Counted from the first letter of the stretch, positions 44,113 through 54,672 are shown. The stretch is DNA of 64,000 nt from an uncultured candidate division Zixibacteria bacterium (GCA_963664195.1 OY760907.1:1984001-2048000); one strand, 5' to 3'. A program made the numbers and translations. The notes: generated from the sequence alone by a model not told the origin.

Positions 44113-46371
44113 ATGTGGGCAAAAGACGATATCCAACTGACAGATAACGCGCTCACGGTGCTCGAACGACGCTACCTCGTCAAGGATCATGAGGGGCGCG
44201 CAATCGAGACACCGCGCGAGCTTTTCATACGGGTAGCCCGGTTCATTGCCGAGGCTGACCGCAACTACGGAGCCGATGACACGCAGATCGACAAAACCGC
44301 AGCCGGATTCTATAACTTGATGTCATCCCTGTCGTTTCTGCCGAATTCGCCGACCCTCATGAACGCCGGGCGGCCTCTCGGGCAGCTCTCGGCCTGTTTT
44401 GTGCTTCCGATAGGCGACTCGATGGAAGAGATATTCGAGGCCAACAAAAACGCCGCACTCATTCACAAGTCAGGCGGCGGCACGGGGTTTTCTTTCTCTC
44501 GCCTGCGCCCGAAGAACTCAATTGTCGCTTCGACAAAGGGTGTCGCATCCGGTCCTATCTCGTTCATGAAAGTGATTGACTCCTCGACCGATGCCGTCAA
44601 GCAGGGGGGAGCGCGTCGCGGGGCCAACATGGGGGTTCTTCGTGTTGACCATCCGGATATTATGGAATTCATTGCCTGCAAGGAAGACACCTCCCAGGTA
44701 ACCAATTTCAATATCTCAGTGGGTGTCACAGACGCTTTCATGGAGGCAGTGGATAAGGGAGAGGAGTACCCGCTTCACAACCCGCAAACAAACGCCACGC
44801 ATCAGGAAGACGGCAAGGACGTCTCTCTTAACGCCCGCGAGGTTTTCGACCGCATTGTCGATCACGCCTGGGCGACCGGCGAACCGGGAGTCATCTTTCT
44901 CGATCGGATGAACCGACGCAACCCGACCTATCCGCATGAGACCATCGAGGCCACTAATCCGTGTGGCGAGCAGCCGTTGCCACCGTACGATTCCTGCAAT
45001 CTCGGCTCGCTCAATCTCGACAAGTTCATCCGATCACCGCTGCCAGACAACTACGTTATCAGCTCCGCAGCCGACGGCGTCGATTGGGACCGGCTCGCAG
45101 CCGCCGTTCGCACCGCCGTACATTTCCTCGACAACGTGATCGACCAGAATGTGTATCCGATGCCCGAGATCGAAGAACAGACGCACAAGAATCGGCGCAT
45201 CGGGCTTGGCGTTATGGGATTCGCCGACATGCTCGTCAGGCTCAGACTGCCGTACGGCTCGCCTGAGTCGCTTGGTCTGGCCGAGAGGCTTCAGGAGTTC
45301 ATCTCTACCGAGGCCCGCAAGCATTCTTCCGAACTGGCCAAACATCGGGGCAAGTTCCCGAACTGGGAGCACTCGGTTTATGCGTCAGAATCGGTCTCGA
45401 TGCGTAACGCCACCGTTACGACTATCGCGCCCACCGGGACGATTTCAATTATCGCGGGTTGTTCCTCAGGCATCGAACCGTATTACTCACTGGCGTATGA
45501 ACGCAACGTGCTCGACGGCACCCGTCTTGTCGAAGTGAATCCGTATTTTGAGCAGGCTGCGCACGAGGGCGGATTCTACTCCGACGAGCTTGTCGCAACT
45601 GTCGCATCGCGGCGATCGATCAACGATCTCGAACAGGTACCGGATAATATCAAGGCGCTCTTTCTGACCGCAGCTGACGTCTCACCGCAGAGCCATGTGG
45701 AGATGCAGGCGAGATTCCAGAAGCACTGCGATTCCTCGGTGTCGAAAACGGTCAACCTTCCCGAATCTGCCACTCCCGCCGATGTTCGCAACATCTATCT
45801 CAGCGCGTACAGGCTCGGCTGCAAGGGTGTGACCATCTACCGGGACAACTCTCGTCCCGATCAGGTGCTGTCACCGATAAAGGCCGGGAGCGCAGAGGAG
45901 GCCGGGAGCCGTGCGCCGATAGTCGCCGAACGCCCGACCGTCTTGCAGGGTTTTACGGAGAAGATCCGCACCGGCTACGGCAACCTGTACGTGACGGTGA
46001 ACCTGCGAGACGGCCGCCCGTTCGAGGTCTTTGCACAGATCGGGAAATCCGGCTACACGACCATGGCCGACACGGAGGCTATTTGTCGGATGATCTCTCT
46101 GGCCTTCAGATCAGGCATTCCGGCGGGGCCGGTCGTGCGGCAGCTTCGGGGGATCGGCGGGTCGAGTCAGGTGTATGTCAAGGGAGGACGAGTCTCCTCG
46201 ATCCCGGATGCGATCGCACAGGTCCTGGAAAAACGGCTCTGCGAAGGGGGATGTGTCGAGGGGGCAGGGCCCCACACTGTGTCGAAGGAGATTTGCCCGT
46301 CCTGCGGCGACGCCATGCTGTTTGATTCCGGTTGCTATTGTTGCCATTCCTGCGGTTATTCCACCTGTTAG
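44113..46371 (+). CDS. nrdJ: Vitamin B12-dependent (class II) ribonucleotide reductase with C-terminal TSCPD/zinc ribbon
   Basis: PNSPTLMNAG, QLSACFVL, TNPCGEQ, TIAPTGT, CKGVTIYRD; terminal CPSCG..GCYCCHSCGYSTC. Confidence 0.95.
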   Translation: MWAKDDIQLTDNALTVLERRYLVKDHEGRAIETPRELFIRVARFIAEADRNYGADDTQIDKTAAGFYNLMSSLSFLPNSPTLMNAGRPLGQLSACFVLPIGDSMEEIFEANKNAALIHKSGGGTGFSFSRLRPKNSIVASTKGVASGPISFMKVIDSSTDAVKQGGARRGANMGVLRVDHPDIMEFIACKEDTSQVTNFNISVGVTDAFMEAVDKGEEYPLHNPQTNATHQEDGKDVSLNAREVFDRIVDHAWATGEPGVIFLDRMNRRNPTYPHETIEATNPCGEQPLPPYDSCNLGSLNLDKFIRSPLPDNYVISSAADGVDWDRLAAAVRTAVHFLDNVIDQNVYPMPEIEEQTHKNRRIGLGVMGFADMLVRLRLPYGSPESLGLAERLQEFISTEARKHSSELAKHRGKFPNWEHSVYASESVSMRNATVTTIAPTGTISIIAGCSSGIEPYYSLAYERNVLDGTRLVEVNPYFEQAAHEGGFYSDELVATVASRRSINDLEQVPDNIKALFLTAADVSPQSHVEMQARFQKHCDSSVSKTVNLPESATPADVRNIYLSAYRLGCKGVTIYRDNSRPDQVLSPIKAGSAEEAGSRAPIVAERPTVLQGFTEKIRTGYGNLYVTVNLRDGRPFEVFAQIGKSGYTTMADTEAICRMISLAFRSGIPAGPVVRQLRGIGGSSQVYVKGGRVSSIPDAIAQVLEKRLCEGGCVEGAGPHTVSKEICPSCGDAMLFDSGCYCCHSCGYSTC

Positions 46372-46425
46372 TTCTGCCGATATAGACAGGATAGGGGTGG
46401 ACTGTGTCCGCCTCGGAATAATATT

Positions 46426-47100
46426 ATGGCTAGCGCAGATTACATCCCGACCGGGCGGACATCCCTTGTCAAAAAGGGCAGTATTGCCTTGCAGGTACAG
46501 ACGGAGTACGCAAACCGTCCCAGCCCTCGCCTGACAACCACTGTTCTAAATTCGGGTCAGGTCGTGCATAAGATCGAACGACAACTTGATCAGCCGATTA
46601 GTTCCATAGAAGAGAAGAACCTGATGGAGACGACCATTCGGAAACAGCACTCCGAGGTCATCAAGATCATTCAGGCCAGCAAACAGCAGACATCCGTTGT
46701 TCCCGATCCGCCGAAGCCTGAGCCTGAAATCAAGTCCGTGTCGGAGCCGCCGGTTGTGGAAACTCCGTCCATGCATCTCACGACTGCCGAACGGCTCGAA
46801 AACCTGCCGGGGAGACCGCGAGTGTTCTACCTGGACAACAAGGGGAATTTCCGGGGGGCGGATGTCTCGAAGGAATTCAGAAAGACCTTCTCTTTTGTTT
46901 TCAAGAACCTTGCGGAGCTTATCAACATTTTCGCCGAAGTCCCGGGCGTTGGTTTGAGTCGAGAGCAGGGAGTCTACGAAGTCGAGCGCAACGTTCTGTA
47001 TCTGGTATCGAGCGGCACGGAAATGTATTTCGTTTACATTGAACGTCCGAACGTCTCGGTCAACTACGAGCAGGTAATCAAGGCGGCGCTGAAAGGGTAG
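46426..47100 (+). CDS. Conserved hypothetical protein
   Basis: Long ORF with ordinary codon use directly after nrdJ; two globular parts joined by a Pro-rich linker. Confidence 0.65.
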   Translation: MASADYIPTGRTSLVKKGSIALQVQTEYANRPSPRLTTTVLNSGQVVHKIERQLDQPISSIEEKNLMETTIRKQHSEVIKIIQASKQQTSVVPDPPKPEPEIKSVSEPPVVETPSMHLTTAERLENLPGRPRVFYLDNKGNFRGADVSKEFRKTFSFVFKNLAELINIFAEVPGVGLSREQGVYEVERNVLYLVSSGTEMYFVYIERPNVSVNYEQVIKAALKG

Positions 47101-47261
47101 GTTTAGGGTTGCGGTCCATTCTCTGGTGCGGCACGGATTGTGCTCACTCTCCTGTTTCCCTGAAGTGTCGTAACTTTTTGTTGTACAGTGGCTTAGCGTG
47201 GCCCCTCTCTTTGTTTCACTATTCGCGAGTGTTTTTTATTTAGAAAAAGAGTAAAAAAGTG

Positions 47262-47290
47262 TTGACTTTTACCGATATGCTACGTATAAG
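47262..47290 (+). promoter_or_regulatory. Sigma70 promoter with A-rich UP element driving the island operon
   Basis: TTGACT-17 nt-TATAAG, preceded by A tracts. Confidence 0.6.
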
Positions 47291-47357
47291 GTAGTAACGG
47301 CTGGGGGATAGCACTTTATACATACGGTGTTTCTGTTGTCTTGCTCGCGGAGGACTC

Positions 47358-47702
47358 ATGTGCGAAGATTTTGGGTTCACTGGTTTCGGAGAAACAAATG
47401 ACGGCGAGGCTGTCGAGGAGCAGAAGCCTGAGGAAATCAGAGCCTTTTTCATGTTTGAGCAGTCCAAGGCTGCTGCTCACAAGAGAAAGGAAGAAGAGCG
47501 TACGGCGAGTCACTTGCGGAGGGTTGCGTCATGGTTGCTAGGCGGCTCTCTTGCCACATATGTGGTGCTGATCATTTTGGGAGTAAGCATTGAGAAAGGT
47601 GCGCCAGCCGATACATGGTGGACGGCGGCTGGCCCGATCGTAGGCTATCTCGTCCGTACTTTGTTCGACGGCGGGAACTCAAAGAACGAAAACAAGGAAT
47701 AG
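47358..47702 (+). CDS. Hypothetical 2-TM membrane protein
   Basis: GGAGGA RBS; acidic N-terminus, then two hydrophobic segments (WLLGGSLATYVVLIILGV; WWTAAGPIVGYLV). Confidence 0.7.
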   Translation: MCEDFGFTGFGETNDGEAVEEQKPEEIRAFFMFEQSKAAAHKRKEEERTASHLRRVASWLLGGSLATYVVLIILGVSIEKGAPADTWWTAAGPIVGYLVRTLFDGGNSKNENKE

Positions 47703-47728
47703 CTCTGGATACAAGGAGGGCTCAACAG

Positions 47729-47941
47729 ATGGCTAAGAAACAAAGACTACAGTTCGATCTTACGCCGGAAGCTATCGAGCAATTGGATCAGTTGAAAGAT
47801 CTTGCGGATGCATCCACTCGTGCAGATGTCATTCGGAAAGCGCTGCGCTTGTACAGTTGGTTTATAAGCGAACGCAATAGCGGAAGTGAGTTTGTTGTCC
47901 GGAAAGGTGATGATGAAAGCGAAGTGAAGATCTTGCTATAA
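47729..47941 (+). CDS. Ribbon-helix-helix (CopG-like) DNA-binding protein
   Basis: MAKKQRLQFDLTPEAIEQLDQLK....STRADVIRKALRLY; AAGGAGG RBS. Confidence 0.85.
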   Translation: MAKKQRLQFDLTPEAIEQLDQLKDLADASTRADVIRKALRLYSWFISERNSGSEFVVRKGDDESEVKILL

Positions 47942-47982
47942 CCGTATTTCCATTCTGAATCTGGGAAGAAAGTGGGGAGTCT

Positions 47983-48942
47983 GTGGGAAACAAGCTGGAG
48001 ATAGATAGAAAGGGAGCAGAGGAAACAGAGCCTAAGAGTGGTCCGGCACGAGTAAACATCGCAAACGAACGACCTGATGCCTCAATTGACACTGGTGTTG
48101 CGAGATACATCGTTAAGATGTTCGGGGCGGAAGGAAGGCACATTCAGCACGAACTAGTTGTACAGCTCAGGAAACTACTTGAAGCTGAACTCGATACCAG
48201 CATCGAGAAGACCGAAATCGATTTGTGGCTGGACAGTGACGGAGGTAACCTTCAGGCAACATACAAACTCGTCTTGTTGCTTCAATCGAAGTGTCGGACA
48301 CTGAGGATTGTAGTACCAGAATGGGCGAAGAGTGCAGCCACATTGTTGGCTATCGCAGGGGATGAGCTATACATGGGGGCGGATGCTGAGTTGGGCCCGC
48401 TTGACCCTCAGATACGGCATCCAGATCGGGACGACTGCAAGGTCTCTGCGAAGGACGTCAGCCAAGCAGCGGAGTATCTTCTCAAGATATCTCTGGAGAC
48501 AGCCATTCGTTGCGCTACCTGGCTCTATGATCTGGAGGCCTATTCCAAGGACGATGCTTTTCGTGTTGCCAGTGAGTTCACATCCAAACTCACTGCACCC
48601 ATGCTGTCCAAACTGGACCCGGTGCTCATGAATAGAGCGCGCTCAGAATTATTGGCCGTGGAGGACTACTGCAATCAGATTATGGATAAGAAGATAGGCA
48701 AGTTAGGCGACAAGTATCCTCCTGAGAAGAAGAAACTGCTACGCAAACTGCCCAAGAGGTTGCTCGCGTTCAACACTCACAGTTTTGTTATAGGGAGAGA
48801 GTTGACTGAAAAGATGGGCTTGGAAATAAGGCGGTTGCGGGATTACAAGTATCGAACGGAGCTTGTGAAGTTTGCCGATTGTGCGAATTCGAATGGCAAA
48901 GCCGTCTTGGAGGTAAAGAAGTGCGCGGGTGTATTGAATTGA
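47983..48942 (+). CDS. SDH-family ClpP/crotonase-fold serine peptidase
   Basis: WLDSDGG, VVPEWAKSAATLLA, MG..AELGPLDPQ, downstream THSFVI His. Confidence 0.85.
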   Translation: MGNKLEIDRKGAEETEPKSGPARVNIANERPDASIDTGVARYIVKMFGAEGRHIQHELVVQLRKLLEAELDTSIEKTEIDLWLDSDGGNLQATYKLVLLLQSKCRTLRIVVPEWAKSAATLLAIAGDELYMGADAELGPLDPQIRHPDRDDCKVSAKDVSQAAEYLLKISLETAIRCATWLYDLEAYSKDDAFRVASEFTSKLTAPMLSKLDPVLMNRARSELLAVEDYCNQIMDKKIGKLGDKYPPEKKKLLRKLPKRLLAFNTHSFVIGRELTEKMGLEIRRLRDYKYRTELVKFADCANSNGKAVLEVKKCAGVLN

Positions 48943-48966
48943 TTCTCACGGGAGGTACGTCAGATA

Positions 48967-49179
48967 ATGTGCAATGCGATTGATGTCGAAACACACTCAG
49001 ATGCCGAAACAAGTGCCGAAGGCACAAGGTGCCTGGAAAATAGCGATGAGGTCGATCCCGCGGATTACCGTCGGACAACGACTATTCATCTGTTTCAAGG
49101 ACTTGTGGTATATCATGCAGCTGAATCAAATGATCCTGTAAGCCAGAAGATTCGCGAGATTTGGGCTTCCTCGAACTAG
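48967..49179 (+). CDS. Small acidic hypothetical protein
   Basis: GGAGGT RBS, 70 aa, last ORF before the terminator. Confidence 0.55.
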   Translation: MCNAIDVETHSDAETSAEGTRCLENSDEVDPADYRRTTTIHLFQGLVVYHAAESNDPVSQKIREIWASSN

Positions 49180-49212
49180 CCGACGATCTCGAAGAGTGTT
49201 CATGTCCAAGAG

Positions 49213-49238
49213 AAAAACCCGCCAGAGGCGGGCTTTTT
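49213..49238 (+). terminator. Rho-independent terminator
   Basis: AAAAACCCGCC-AGA-GGCGGGCTTTTT. Confidence 0.85.
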
Positions 49239-49560
49239 CATTTGCTGGAGAGAGAGTCGAAATTTGAAAGAACCTCCACGCTACCATAAGGTAAAGGGTT
49301 TTTACAGCCACTCCGCGCGTTTAGTTTTCGCTATCAACCTCACGGCCGGGTCACGGCGTTAACGCAGCACAAAAGAAACGACCTTCATACGTGAATTGTT
49401 AGAAGTTTTCAAATGACGGTACTCTCTCCAAATCTTGTGATCGTAACTGTTACTAATATACGGCAAGCCCCCCCTGTCGTACAAGGTTTAACTTGAGTTC
49501 TTGCCAAACCTTCTCCCATTTAATATGTTCTTGCAAGCTTTTTGACTTGCAGCGAACACC

Positions 49561-49935
49561 ATGACTGAATCCATTGGTATCGACATAGTAGAGACTGACA
49601 GAATCCGCCGGGCGTTGGATCGTTTCGGCGACCGCTTCCGTAATCGGATTCTCGGTGACAGAGAACTGTCCCAATATGAACGCCGCTCCGATCGCGCTGT
49701 ATTTCTTGCCGGGCGATTTGCCTGCAAGGAGGCAGTGGTGAAAGCGCTGGGGAAATACATCAAGGATCGTCCCACGCTATCGAGTATTCAGATTGTCAAC
49801 GATGATACCGGGCAGCCCGAAGTGTCATTTCCTGACGAGCTTGCCGAGCAACTCAAGCACGTGCGGTTTCTTGTCTCGATCAGTCACGAAAAACATTATG
49901 CGGTAGCAATGGCCGTAACTTCGGAGACCAAATGA
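49561..49935 (+). CDS. acpS: Holo-[acyl-carrier-protein] synthase
   Basis: GIDIVE, LAGRFACKEAVVKALG, VSISHE. Confidence 0.95.
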   Translation: MTESIGIDIVETDRIRRALDRFGDRFRNRILGDRELSQYERRSDRAVFLAGRFACKEAVVKALGKYIKDRPTLSSIQIVNDDTGQPEVSFPDELAEQLKHVRFLVSISHEKHYAVAMAVTSETK

Positions 49936-50504
49936 ACCAGGAAGAAATCCTCAAGCTTTTCACGGACTCAGGCGCGCTCCTTGAGGGGCATTTCAAACTG
50001 ACATCCGGACGCCACTCAGACATCTATTACGAGAAGTTCACCCTGCTGAAGAACCCCACGCTTGCGACAAAACTGTGCGAAGCCATGGCCAACGACCTGA
50101 AAGACTCCGGGGCCGAGACGATTGTCGGTCCGACCACTGGCGGTCTGATCATCGCATACGATATCGCGCGTTACCTGGGATTGGAATCAATCTATGCGGA
50201 ACCGGGGGAGACCGGACGCGTCTTCAAGCGCGGGTTCTCGCTTCGTCCCGGCCAGAAGGTGGCGATTGTTGACGACGTCCTGACCACAGGGCGCTCGATG
50301 TTTGAAGTGATTGACCTGGTGAAGTCATACGACGCGGAAATCGTCGGTTTGGGCATGCTTCTGGATCGATCCGGCGGCAGCATCAAGTTCGACTACCCGT
50401 TCTATCCTCTGGCAACCGTCAATGCCAATAGCTGGGAGCCGGCTGAATGTCCGCTCTGTGCCAAAGGCATGGAAATCACGCAACGGGGCAGTCGCAAGTT
50501 TTAG
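49932..50504 (+). CDS. pyrE: Orotate phosphoribosyltransferase
   Basis: GHFKLTSGRHS, VDDVLTTG, DRS. Confidence 0.95.
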   Translation: MNQEEILKLFTDSGALLEGHFKLTSGRHSDIYYEKFTLLKNPTLATKLCEAMANDLKDSGAETIVGPTTGGLIIAYDIARYLGLESIYAEPGETGRVFKRGFSLRPGQKVAIVDDVLTTGRSMFEVIDLVKSYDAEIVGLGMLLDRSGGSIKFDYPFYPLATVNANSWEPAECPLCAKGMEITQRGSRKF

Positions 50505-50550
50505 ACTGTTCGAATTACAGGAATGTTGCGGGCTGATAATGCTCGCAGCT

Positions 50551-52245
50551 CTAGACGGCTGCCGGTACGCGTTTTTCAACGACGGTATCGACGGCCATAG
50601 GGAATGTCACGCTGATTCGGGCGCCCTCGCCCGGTGCCGACTCGACTTCCAGCTTACCGCCGTGATTGTCGATAATCCGTTTGCACACTACCAGACCAAA
50701 GCCGTGGCCGGTCGCCTTGGTAGTGAACTTCTCCTGGAACGCACGCGTGACATTCTCAGAATCAAATCCGCAACCGGTATCCTTGATCGAGAAGCGGAAT
50801 GATTCGACTTCCGGTTGTGATTCCATCGACACATGTATCTCTCGCACATCCGAAGACTCGGTAGCATCGGCGGCGTTGTTGAACAGATTGTATAGCAATT
50901 GCTGGATCTGGGTTGAATCGGCCTGAAAAGGCGTACTCTCGAACGTCTCCGGCATGTGAATCGAGACGCCGCGGAATCGTTTCTGGGGTCTCAGGTAATC
51001 CACAACCTCGGCGATCATCTTGTCAAAATCGAATTTTTCCATTTTCGATGAAATCGACCTGAGGTCCATCAGATTGGCGGTGAATATCTTGATCTTTTCG
51101 ATGGTCGAGTTGACATTCGTCAGATACCGGTCGAGCTGGTCGTAATTCTGTTTCTTGAGATGAACGTCCAACAACGCGACATTGCCGGCGACCACACCCA
51201 GGAAGTTGTTGAGTTCGTGACCGATCTCTGCCGACATCTCACCCCTGGCGGCCATCTTCTCAAGCTCGATAGTCTCATCCTGGAGCTCCTTGAGACGTGC
51301 GTACGCCTGTCGGGTTTCCTCGAGCAATCCCACATTCTCGAGTGAAATGGCGAGTTGACTGGCGGTGATCGACAGGAACTTCACGTCGTTCTGTTTCAGG
51401 CGGAATGTATCTTCCTCGGACTCAAGCATGATCAGTCCATAGAACGCGTTCGAGCGCATGACCGGCAAGGTCAGAATATACATCTCGTCTGTTTTCCATT
51501 GCGGCACCAGGAAACGTCGGAGCTCCTGATTCGGGTGATATTTGTACAGCGGGTGCTCGTCGAGATCGTTCAGCAGGCACGGTTCCTGCAGTAGTGTCGT
51601 ATCCGCCTCGAGCAGAATGCTTTCGAGCGGTTCGTTGCCGAGCGATTCTTCGGTTGCTTTGTCGTCGCAAATCGAGAGCAGGACATACTCTTCGCGTTCG
51701 TTGTCACGGTACAATATTGAGCCGCACTCGCTGTGCTGGTGCATCATCGCAAATTTCAGCGACGACGTAACCAGTGACTTACGATCACCGGCGGCGAACA
51801 GCATGTGACTCAAGTCAGTGAGACTGTCGAGCTGTTCCTGAGAACTGGATTCAGTTGCCTCGCTCAGTTTTTCTATCGCGTTGTTGACCGCCTGGCGAAT
51901 CTCCGAAAGCTCGAAAGGTTTCAGAACATAATCCAGCGCGCCCTTTTTGATTGCGTCCTTGGCAGAGTTCAGACTCGCATATCCGGTGATGAAGATCACG
52001 CCGATAGAAGGCTGTATTTCACGGGCAAGATCAACCAATTCGATGCCGGTCATCTTTGGCATCCGGATATCGGTGATTAGAAGATCAATCGTTTGGTTCT
52101 TGATAATCTCCAGCGCAGTGGCTCCGTTCGAGGCTGTCTGGACGGAGTGACCTTCGTCCTCAAGCGTATCTCGAACCAGCGACTGGACAATATCCTCGTC
52201 GTCTACCACCAGGATGTTGCGTGAGTATGCCGGAGCGTCCGTCAT
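50551..52245 (-). CDS. Hybrid sensor kinase (REC-GAF-HisKA-HATPase)
   Basis: ILVVDDE..DIRMP..KPF; GAF ending LAISLEN; GHELNN, NLFNNA, DTGCG, GFGL. Confidence 0.92.
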   Translation of the reverse strand: MTDAPAYSRNILVVDDEDIVQSLVRDTLEDEGHSVQTASNGATALEIIKNQTIDLLITDIRMPKMTGIELVDLAREIQPSIGVIFITGYASLNSAKDAIKKGALDYVLKPFELSEIRQAVNNAIEKLSEATESSSQEQLDSLTDLSHMLFAAGDRKSLVTSSLKFAMMHQHSECGSILYRDNEREEYVLLSICDDKATEESLGNEPLESILLEADTTLLQEPCLLNDLDEHPLYKYHPNQELRRFLVPQWKTDEMYILTLPVMRSNAFYGLIMLESEEDTFRLKQNDVKFLSITASQLAISLENVGLLEETRQAYARLKELQDETIELEKMAARGEMSAEIGHELNNFLGVVAGNVALLDVHLKKQNYDQLDRYLTNVNSTIEKIKIFTANLMDLRSISSKMEKFDFDKMIAEVVDYLRPQKRFRGVSIHMPETFESTPFQADSTQIQQLLYNLFNNAADATESSDVREIHVSMESQPEVESFRFSIKDTGCGFDSENVTRAFQEKFTTKATGHGFGLVVCKRIIDNHGGKLEVESAPGEGARISVTFPMAVDTVVEKRVPAAV

Positions 52246-52610
52246 GCAGTCTTCACTCGATCAAGAGTCCCTTGCAAAACCGTGCGGAACTGTTCGAGAT
52301 GAAACGGTTTTCTCAAACAGGGACAGTCTGTCTTCTCCGCAATCTGTTCGTGTATGTGATCCGGCAGTGAGTCGGTGAAAATGAAAGGTAGGGAGTCCTT
52401 CTTTGGTCCCAGACCGGACATTACTTCGAATCCGTTTCTTTTCGGGAGGTGGAGATCGCAGATCACCAGATCCCATTCTCCCTCCAGTGCCATTTGCAAG
52501 CCTTCTTCGCCATCGACCGCTGTTTTCACTTCGTGTCCCATGTCAGTCAAGTAGTCAGTCAGCAGCGCCCTGATCACCTCTGAATCGTCGATGACAAGAA
52601 TCTTGCTCAT
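52242..52610 (-). CDS. Single-domain response regulator
   Basis: KILVIDD, DLHLP, KPF. Confidence 0.9.
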   Translation of the reverse strand: MSKILVIDDSEVIRALLTDYLTDMGHEVKTAVDGEEGLQMALEGEWDLVICDLHLPKRNGFEVMSGLGPKKDSLPFIFTDSLPDHIHEQIAEKTDCPCLRKPFHLEQFRTVLQGTLDRVKTA

Positions 52611-52612
52611 GT

Positions 52613-52987
52613 CTACGCAGTGCCCTCCAGCGCTGAGTCTACCGACTGCATCAATTCGTTGATGCTGAACGGCTTCGACAAAAACGCACACGCCCCGTTG
52701 TTGACTGATTGGCTGACCGTGTAAAGGCTCGAATAGCCGGAAATTACGATAACCCTGGTGTCCTCGCTCTGCTCCCTCGCGGCTTTGACAACCTCTTCCC
52801 CCGGTACTTTCGGCATTCGGAGATCGGTAATCACCAGGTCGAAGTGCTTATTCTTGATCTTCTCTATAGCTTCGTCGCCGTCACAGGCGACGGTAATATC
52901 ATAGTCCTCAAGAACTTCCGAGAGAAACTCCCGAATGATCTCTTCATCGTCTACGATGAGTATGGCCTTGTTGTCCGTCGATCCCAT
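52613..52987 (-). CDS. Single-domain response regulator
   Basis: ILIVDDE, TDLRMP, SKPF. Confidence 0.92.
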   Translation of the reverse strand: MGSTDNKAILIVDDEEIIREFLSEVLEDYDITVACDGDEAIEKIKNKHFDLVITDLRMPKVPGEEVVKAAREQSEDTRVIVISGYSSLYTVSQSVNNGACAFLSKPFSINELMQSVDSALEGTA

Positions 52988-53013
52988 AACTGCTACTTAT
53001 CCTAAGTCGATCG

Positions 53014-54672
53014 CTATTGCGCCTGCTTCGTCTCACCTAATACATCGGCTGTTGGCGCCGTTTTCTGTACTGGTAGAACGATGGTGAAGGTGGTGCCCTT
53101 CCCGACTTGCGATTTCACGGAAATCTCGCCCCCGTGTTCTTTGATGATTCCGTAACTCACCGAAAGACCCAATCCGGTCCCCTTGCCAATCTCTTTCGTC
53201 GTGAAGAAGGGCTCGAATATCTTGCCCAGGTTCTCCTCGGCGATACCGTGACCGCTGTCTGCGAACATCAGTTCCACAGCGCCGCCGAACTCGCCGAGGG
53301 CGGGACTGTACCGGGATACGATGCTTATTGTGGAACCCTGTTCCGATGCGTGCATACCGTTGATTATCAGATTCGTGAATACTTGCTGAAGCTGACCGGT
53401 GTTACCGAAAATGATCGGCAGATCCTGCGTCAGACTCACTTCTAACTCTACCTGCGATATCCGCAATTGGTGTTCCACAAACGAGATCGTCTCCTCGATT
53501 GCTTTGTTGACATCGACCTGCTCAAACTCGATTGTCCGCGAGGAACGCGAGAATCTCAGCAGATTCTGAACGATGGTCTTGCATCGACGGGCCTGAACCT
53601 CGATGTCCGTAACATACCGGATGTACGATTTAATGTCCTTCGGATTCGGCTTCTCCGGATTGTTCTTGCGCAGTTTCTCAAGCGTAAACTGGGCATATCC
53701 GAGGATGCCGCCAAGCGGATTATTCAGTTCATGAGCCACACCTGCGGCCAACTGGCCGATGGCGCTCATCTTTTCTGACTGAAGCAATTGTGCCTGCGCG
53801 TCTTCCAATTGCTGGGTCCGTTCGATGATCTTCTCTTCCAGCGTGCGATTGTACTGCTCGATTTCGTCCCGGGACTGTTTGAGCGAATCCATCATCTGGT
53901 TGAACGTGCGGGCTAGATGGCCGATCTCGTCCTGCTGATCGGTGTCAACCTTGGCGCTAAAATCGCCTCGACGGATCTGGTCGGTCGCGTCCACAAGTTC
54001 TGTCACTGGCCGGGTGATGGCGCGGACGGTCAGTATCACCACGAGGATCGTAATGATCGCCACCAGCGCGGCCAACAGAATCGCCGCCAAACCGGCATTG
54101 GAGATGTCCTTGTTGACCGTCTCGACCGACATACCCAGTTCGATTTTGCCTATTCTCTCATAGTAGGTCGAGGTCGCCACTGAGCTATCCACTCCGGCGC
54201 TCATACCCAGTTTCTCGCGGCTGAGAACTTTCTTCTCAGTCGTAATCGGCGCTCTCAGGATGAAGACTTCTTGGCCCGCGCCAGTATTGAAGTAACCCGA
54301 TACCAGAGAATCAGAGTGACCGTTGAGCCGTTCCAGTTGCAGGGAGTCGACGTTGTTTTCGCCAAACTCGGAAAGGACGACTCCGTCCAGGTTAGCGATT
54401 CGGCAGAATTCAACCTCCCCGAACTCGTCAAGGACGGCGAGCAGGTTGTCAAGCTCCCATCGTGATTCAAAAAGCACGCCACTTTCAGCGTTGATTGCAA
54501 GCATGGTGATCATGGTCTCGCCGCCGTGCTCGAGTTCGCGACGGAACCCGTCGGACTGACGATCAATCAGGTACGTGGATATGATCAGCATGCCCATGAC
54601 CAGGATTACTGAGATCGGCAGCACAAACTTCATCCGGAGGCTGAGGCCGGCCGTGAGTTTCAGGCCCTTCAT
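53014..54672 (-). CDS. Membrane HAMP-domain sensor histidine kinase (NtrB-like core)
   Basis: Two TMs, DEIGHLARTFN, AHELNNPL, FEPFFTTK..GTGLGL. Confidence 0.93.
   Translation of the reverse strand: MKGLKLTAGLSLRMKFVLPISVILVMGMLIISTYLIDRQSDGFRRELEHGGETMITMLAINAESGVLFESRWELDNLLAVLDEFGEVEFCRIANLDGVVLSEFGENNVDSLQLERLNGHSDSLVSGYFNTGAGQEVFILRAPITTEKKVLSREKLGMSAGVDSSVATSTYYERIGKIELGMSVETVNKDISNAGLAAILLAALVAIITILVVILTVRAITRPVTELVDATDQIRRGDFSAKVDTDQQDEIGHLARTFNQMMDSLKQSRDEIEQYNRTLEEKIIERTQQLEDAQAQLLQSEKMSAIGQLAAGVAHELNNPLGGILGYAQFTLEKLRKNNPEKPNPKDIKSYIRYVTDIEVQARRCKTIVQNLLRFSRSSRTIEFEQVDVNKAIEETISFVEHQLRISQVELEVSLTQDLPIIFGNTGQLQQVFTNLIINGMHASEQGSTISIVSRYSPALGEFGGAVELMFADSGHGIAEENLGKIFEPFFTTKEIGKGTGLGLSVSYGIIKEHGGEISVKSQVGKGTTFTIVLPVQKTAPTADVLGETKQAQ

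Noticed and set aside
47168..49300. Terminal inverted repeats around the protease island
   Set aside because: Only an 8-bp match (TAGCGTGG / CCACGCTA), compatible with chance; no target-site duplication or transposase
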